Shown piece after piece: positions 62,097-64,000 of a stretch of 64,000 nucleotides of DNA; the first letter of the stretch is position 1; each line of letters opens with the position of its first letter. The notes under the pieces are model-generated. The model was given only the letters and a program-made list of their open reading frames with translations. It was not told the DNA's origin and did not search any database. The stretch covers positions 1 to 64,000 of the forward strand of contig DF237155.1 of NCBI GenBank assembly GCA_000708835.1, given 5' to 3'. Position numbers and translations under genes: made by a program. The stretch is from Klebsormidium nitens (taxonomy: Eukaryota > Plantae > Klebsormidiophyceae).

Positions 62097-62384
62097 TCGC
62101 ATCCAGTGTGCTTATCCAGGTTACAAGAGGATTAAGAATTTGTGCAAACAGTGAAGCCTCAGGCAAGACAGGCTATCGTAGCTTGGAACAAGTAGTGCTG
62201 TTAGGCAATCAAGCAAGCAAAGAGCTTCAGGCTCACAAAGTCGCATCCAGTGTGCTTATCCAGGTTACAAGAGGATTAAGAATTTGTGCAAACAGTGAAG
62301 CCTCAGGCAAGACAGGCTATCGTAGCTTGGATTAAGTAGTGCTGTTAGGCAATCAAGCAAGCAAAGAGCTTCAGGCTCACAAAG
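62097..62384. repeat. Near-perfect tandem duplication, 2 x 144 bp
   Basis: Units 62097..62240 and 62241..62384 (tcgcatccagtgtgcttatcc...ggctcacaaag) differ only at about 3 nt (gaacaag vs gattaag). Confidence 0.95.
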
Positions 62385-64000
62385 ATGCAACAATCTAAAG
62401 AAGACGGTCCCAGGTCCACGAGGATGCCCAATCGAAGAAGGTTAGGCGCCTCACTTTTGTTGCTTCGCCGAATTTTCTCTGTGTCCTCACTATGCAGGTT
62501 ACCCCGGGGTCTCCATGGTTTTGGGTCTATGCCTTTTGCTGCCACAACGGTTTGTTTCCTGTTGAGGCTCAGAGTGTGCATACCCTCATGCATTTTCTAT
62601 GCCTTGTGCTCTATTGGGGCTTTGCCAATCTACAACCTAGGTCCGAGACGAGGTTTTTGGGAACCTAGAAGAACTCTACAGGTTTTGTTAACTTGGGACA
62701 TGTCTCTTCCTTCCAACTTTGGGCACTGACGACAAGGCAAAAAATGGCAAGAGAAATAGGTGTTTGTTCAGAGGTTCACTATATCATGCCCTCGTTCGCC
62801 ATCTGCTGTTCAGATGGTTAATTGCACCACTGATCTTGCTCTTGGGTTGAGTTCCACCTTTGCTGCTTTGGTGCGAGCAGCGCCCAAATGATGCATTGGC
62901 TTGGTGGCGCCAAAGGGCAGTGTGATGGCCTTGGTTGGCAAGCAATCAAAGTGTGTCTGAATGGATCTTGTTCAATGAACTTCAGAAGTCTCCACTTTTG
63001 GTGCTTGGCTGCTTTAGATAGTCCCTTGTTCTTGCTCTTTGTCATGAAATGGTTCTTCTTGTATCGTTGCAAGCTTCCGATCATCTCTGTTTCAGAGTGA
63101 CTTGAACATGTCTCTTAAGCAGCTGCGTCCTTGTCTTGGAGCCTGGATAAGCGGGCAATTGTGTGAGTGCGAACAGAGCAGGCGGCCATCGCGAAGAAGG
63201 GAATGGGCAAAGAGGCGCTGACGGCCACGGTGCTCGGTGTAGTTTACCCTATCTTCTAACCTGCTTGCTTGATCTTTCAAACGACGAATCTCCGATGTGG
63301 AGCAGCTTTTCCACTTTGTGTGCCTGTCTCTGGGCTGAAGCCGCCGCCATTGACAAGCGAATGCAGCGTCTTATAGAAGTTTCGCCTTCTTGCAGAGTAA
63401 TTGGCGTCTTGTTCCTATAACTAATGATGGGACGACTTGCTTCCGCACCGTCTCTCATGTTCTCATTAGTCAAGCTTGAGCTTCTCTTTCTACGTTCCCG
63501 GGCTTGCGTTTCGGCCAATGCACGGATGCCCTTAGCGGAGGGGGCTTCGTTTCAAAGCGCCTGCATCCAGTTGGAGCCGCTTTGCAGAATGTAATCGAGC
63601 CCTCCATGCAGCAGGTGAGAGCACCATGTAGATTGTGTAACGTTTTCTAGACACGTGTTTGAACGGGCTTGAGCCTTGGTTGTCAACTGAACGCTCGAAA
63701 AGTACGTCTTTTTCCATTCAAATGAAACTCTGCCAGATAATTAGGCCTGGTCAATCTTAAGATCTTTGAACGGTATTCCAATGTGCTTTGGACGTGGCCC
63801 GGCTTAGAATTGTGCAGCGCAGCGCTGCAACCTCAAATGTCCGCGTTAGGACTGCTTCGTTATTACGTGCCAGCCTTACCGTGCTCACTCTTTTCTTCAT
63901 GTGTAGCAGGCAGTACATTTGCCCTCTGGCCAAAGGCTGACGGGCCCACCCTGACAAGAAGCGACTGTCGTTGCTGCCTCTTGCGCCCGTTCGTTTGTCA

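Noticed and set aside
62097-62384. Possible CRISPR-like array
   Set aside because: There are only two contiguous 144-bp units with no unique spacers, the context is eukaryotic, and there are no cas genes.
62345-64000. Short ORFs in the last 1.6 kb
   Set aside because: There is no coherent exon chain or recognisable domain. The region is treated as intergenic or degenerate.

Overview
This is eukaryotic, intron-rich nuclear DNA, with GC-rich exons and GT-AG introns. The plant-type tRNA-Asp, PDIL2-1, AMSH and NHP2 genes plus a cytochrome-b5-fused delta-5 desaturase suggest a green alga or early streptophyte (Klebsormidium-like; this is inference, not verified). In order along the window: the 3' end of an unknown gene (+); a three-domain glycosyltransferase fusion (-); tRNA-Asp(GUC) (+); 2-oxoglutarate dehydrogenase E1 with an EF-hand pair insertion (-); a bacterial-type polyphosphate glucokinase with spliceosomal introns (+); a delta-5 fatty-acid desaturase (-); PDIL2-1 (+); NHP2 (-); a secretory-pathway type I membrane HD/PDEase-like hydrolase (+); an AMSH deubiquitinase (-); GPN3 (+); a large low-complexity orphan gene (-); and a repeat-rich tail. 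Two 351-bp copies of a MITE with TGWCA flanks are present. No CRISPR array or autonomous transposon was seen. The strongest novelty candidates are the ecto-HD hydrolase, the intron-containing PpgK, the EF-hand OGDH and the three-domain glycosyltransferase. All exon structures were assembled by eye, and no database searches were run.
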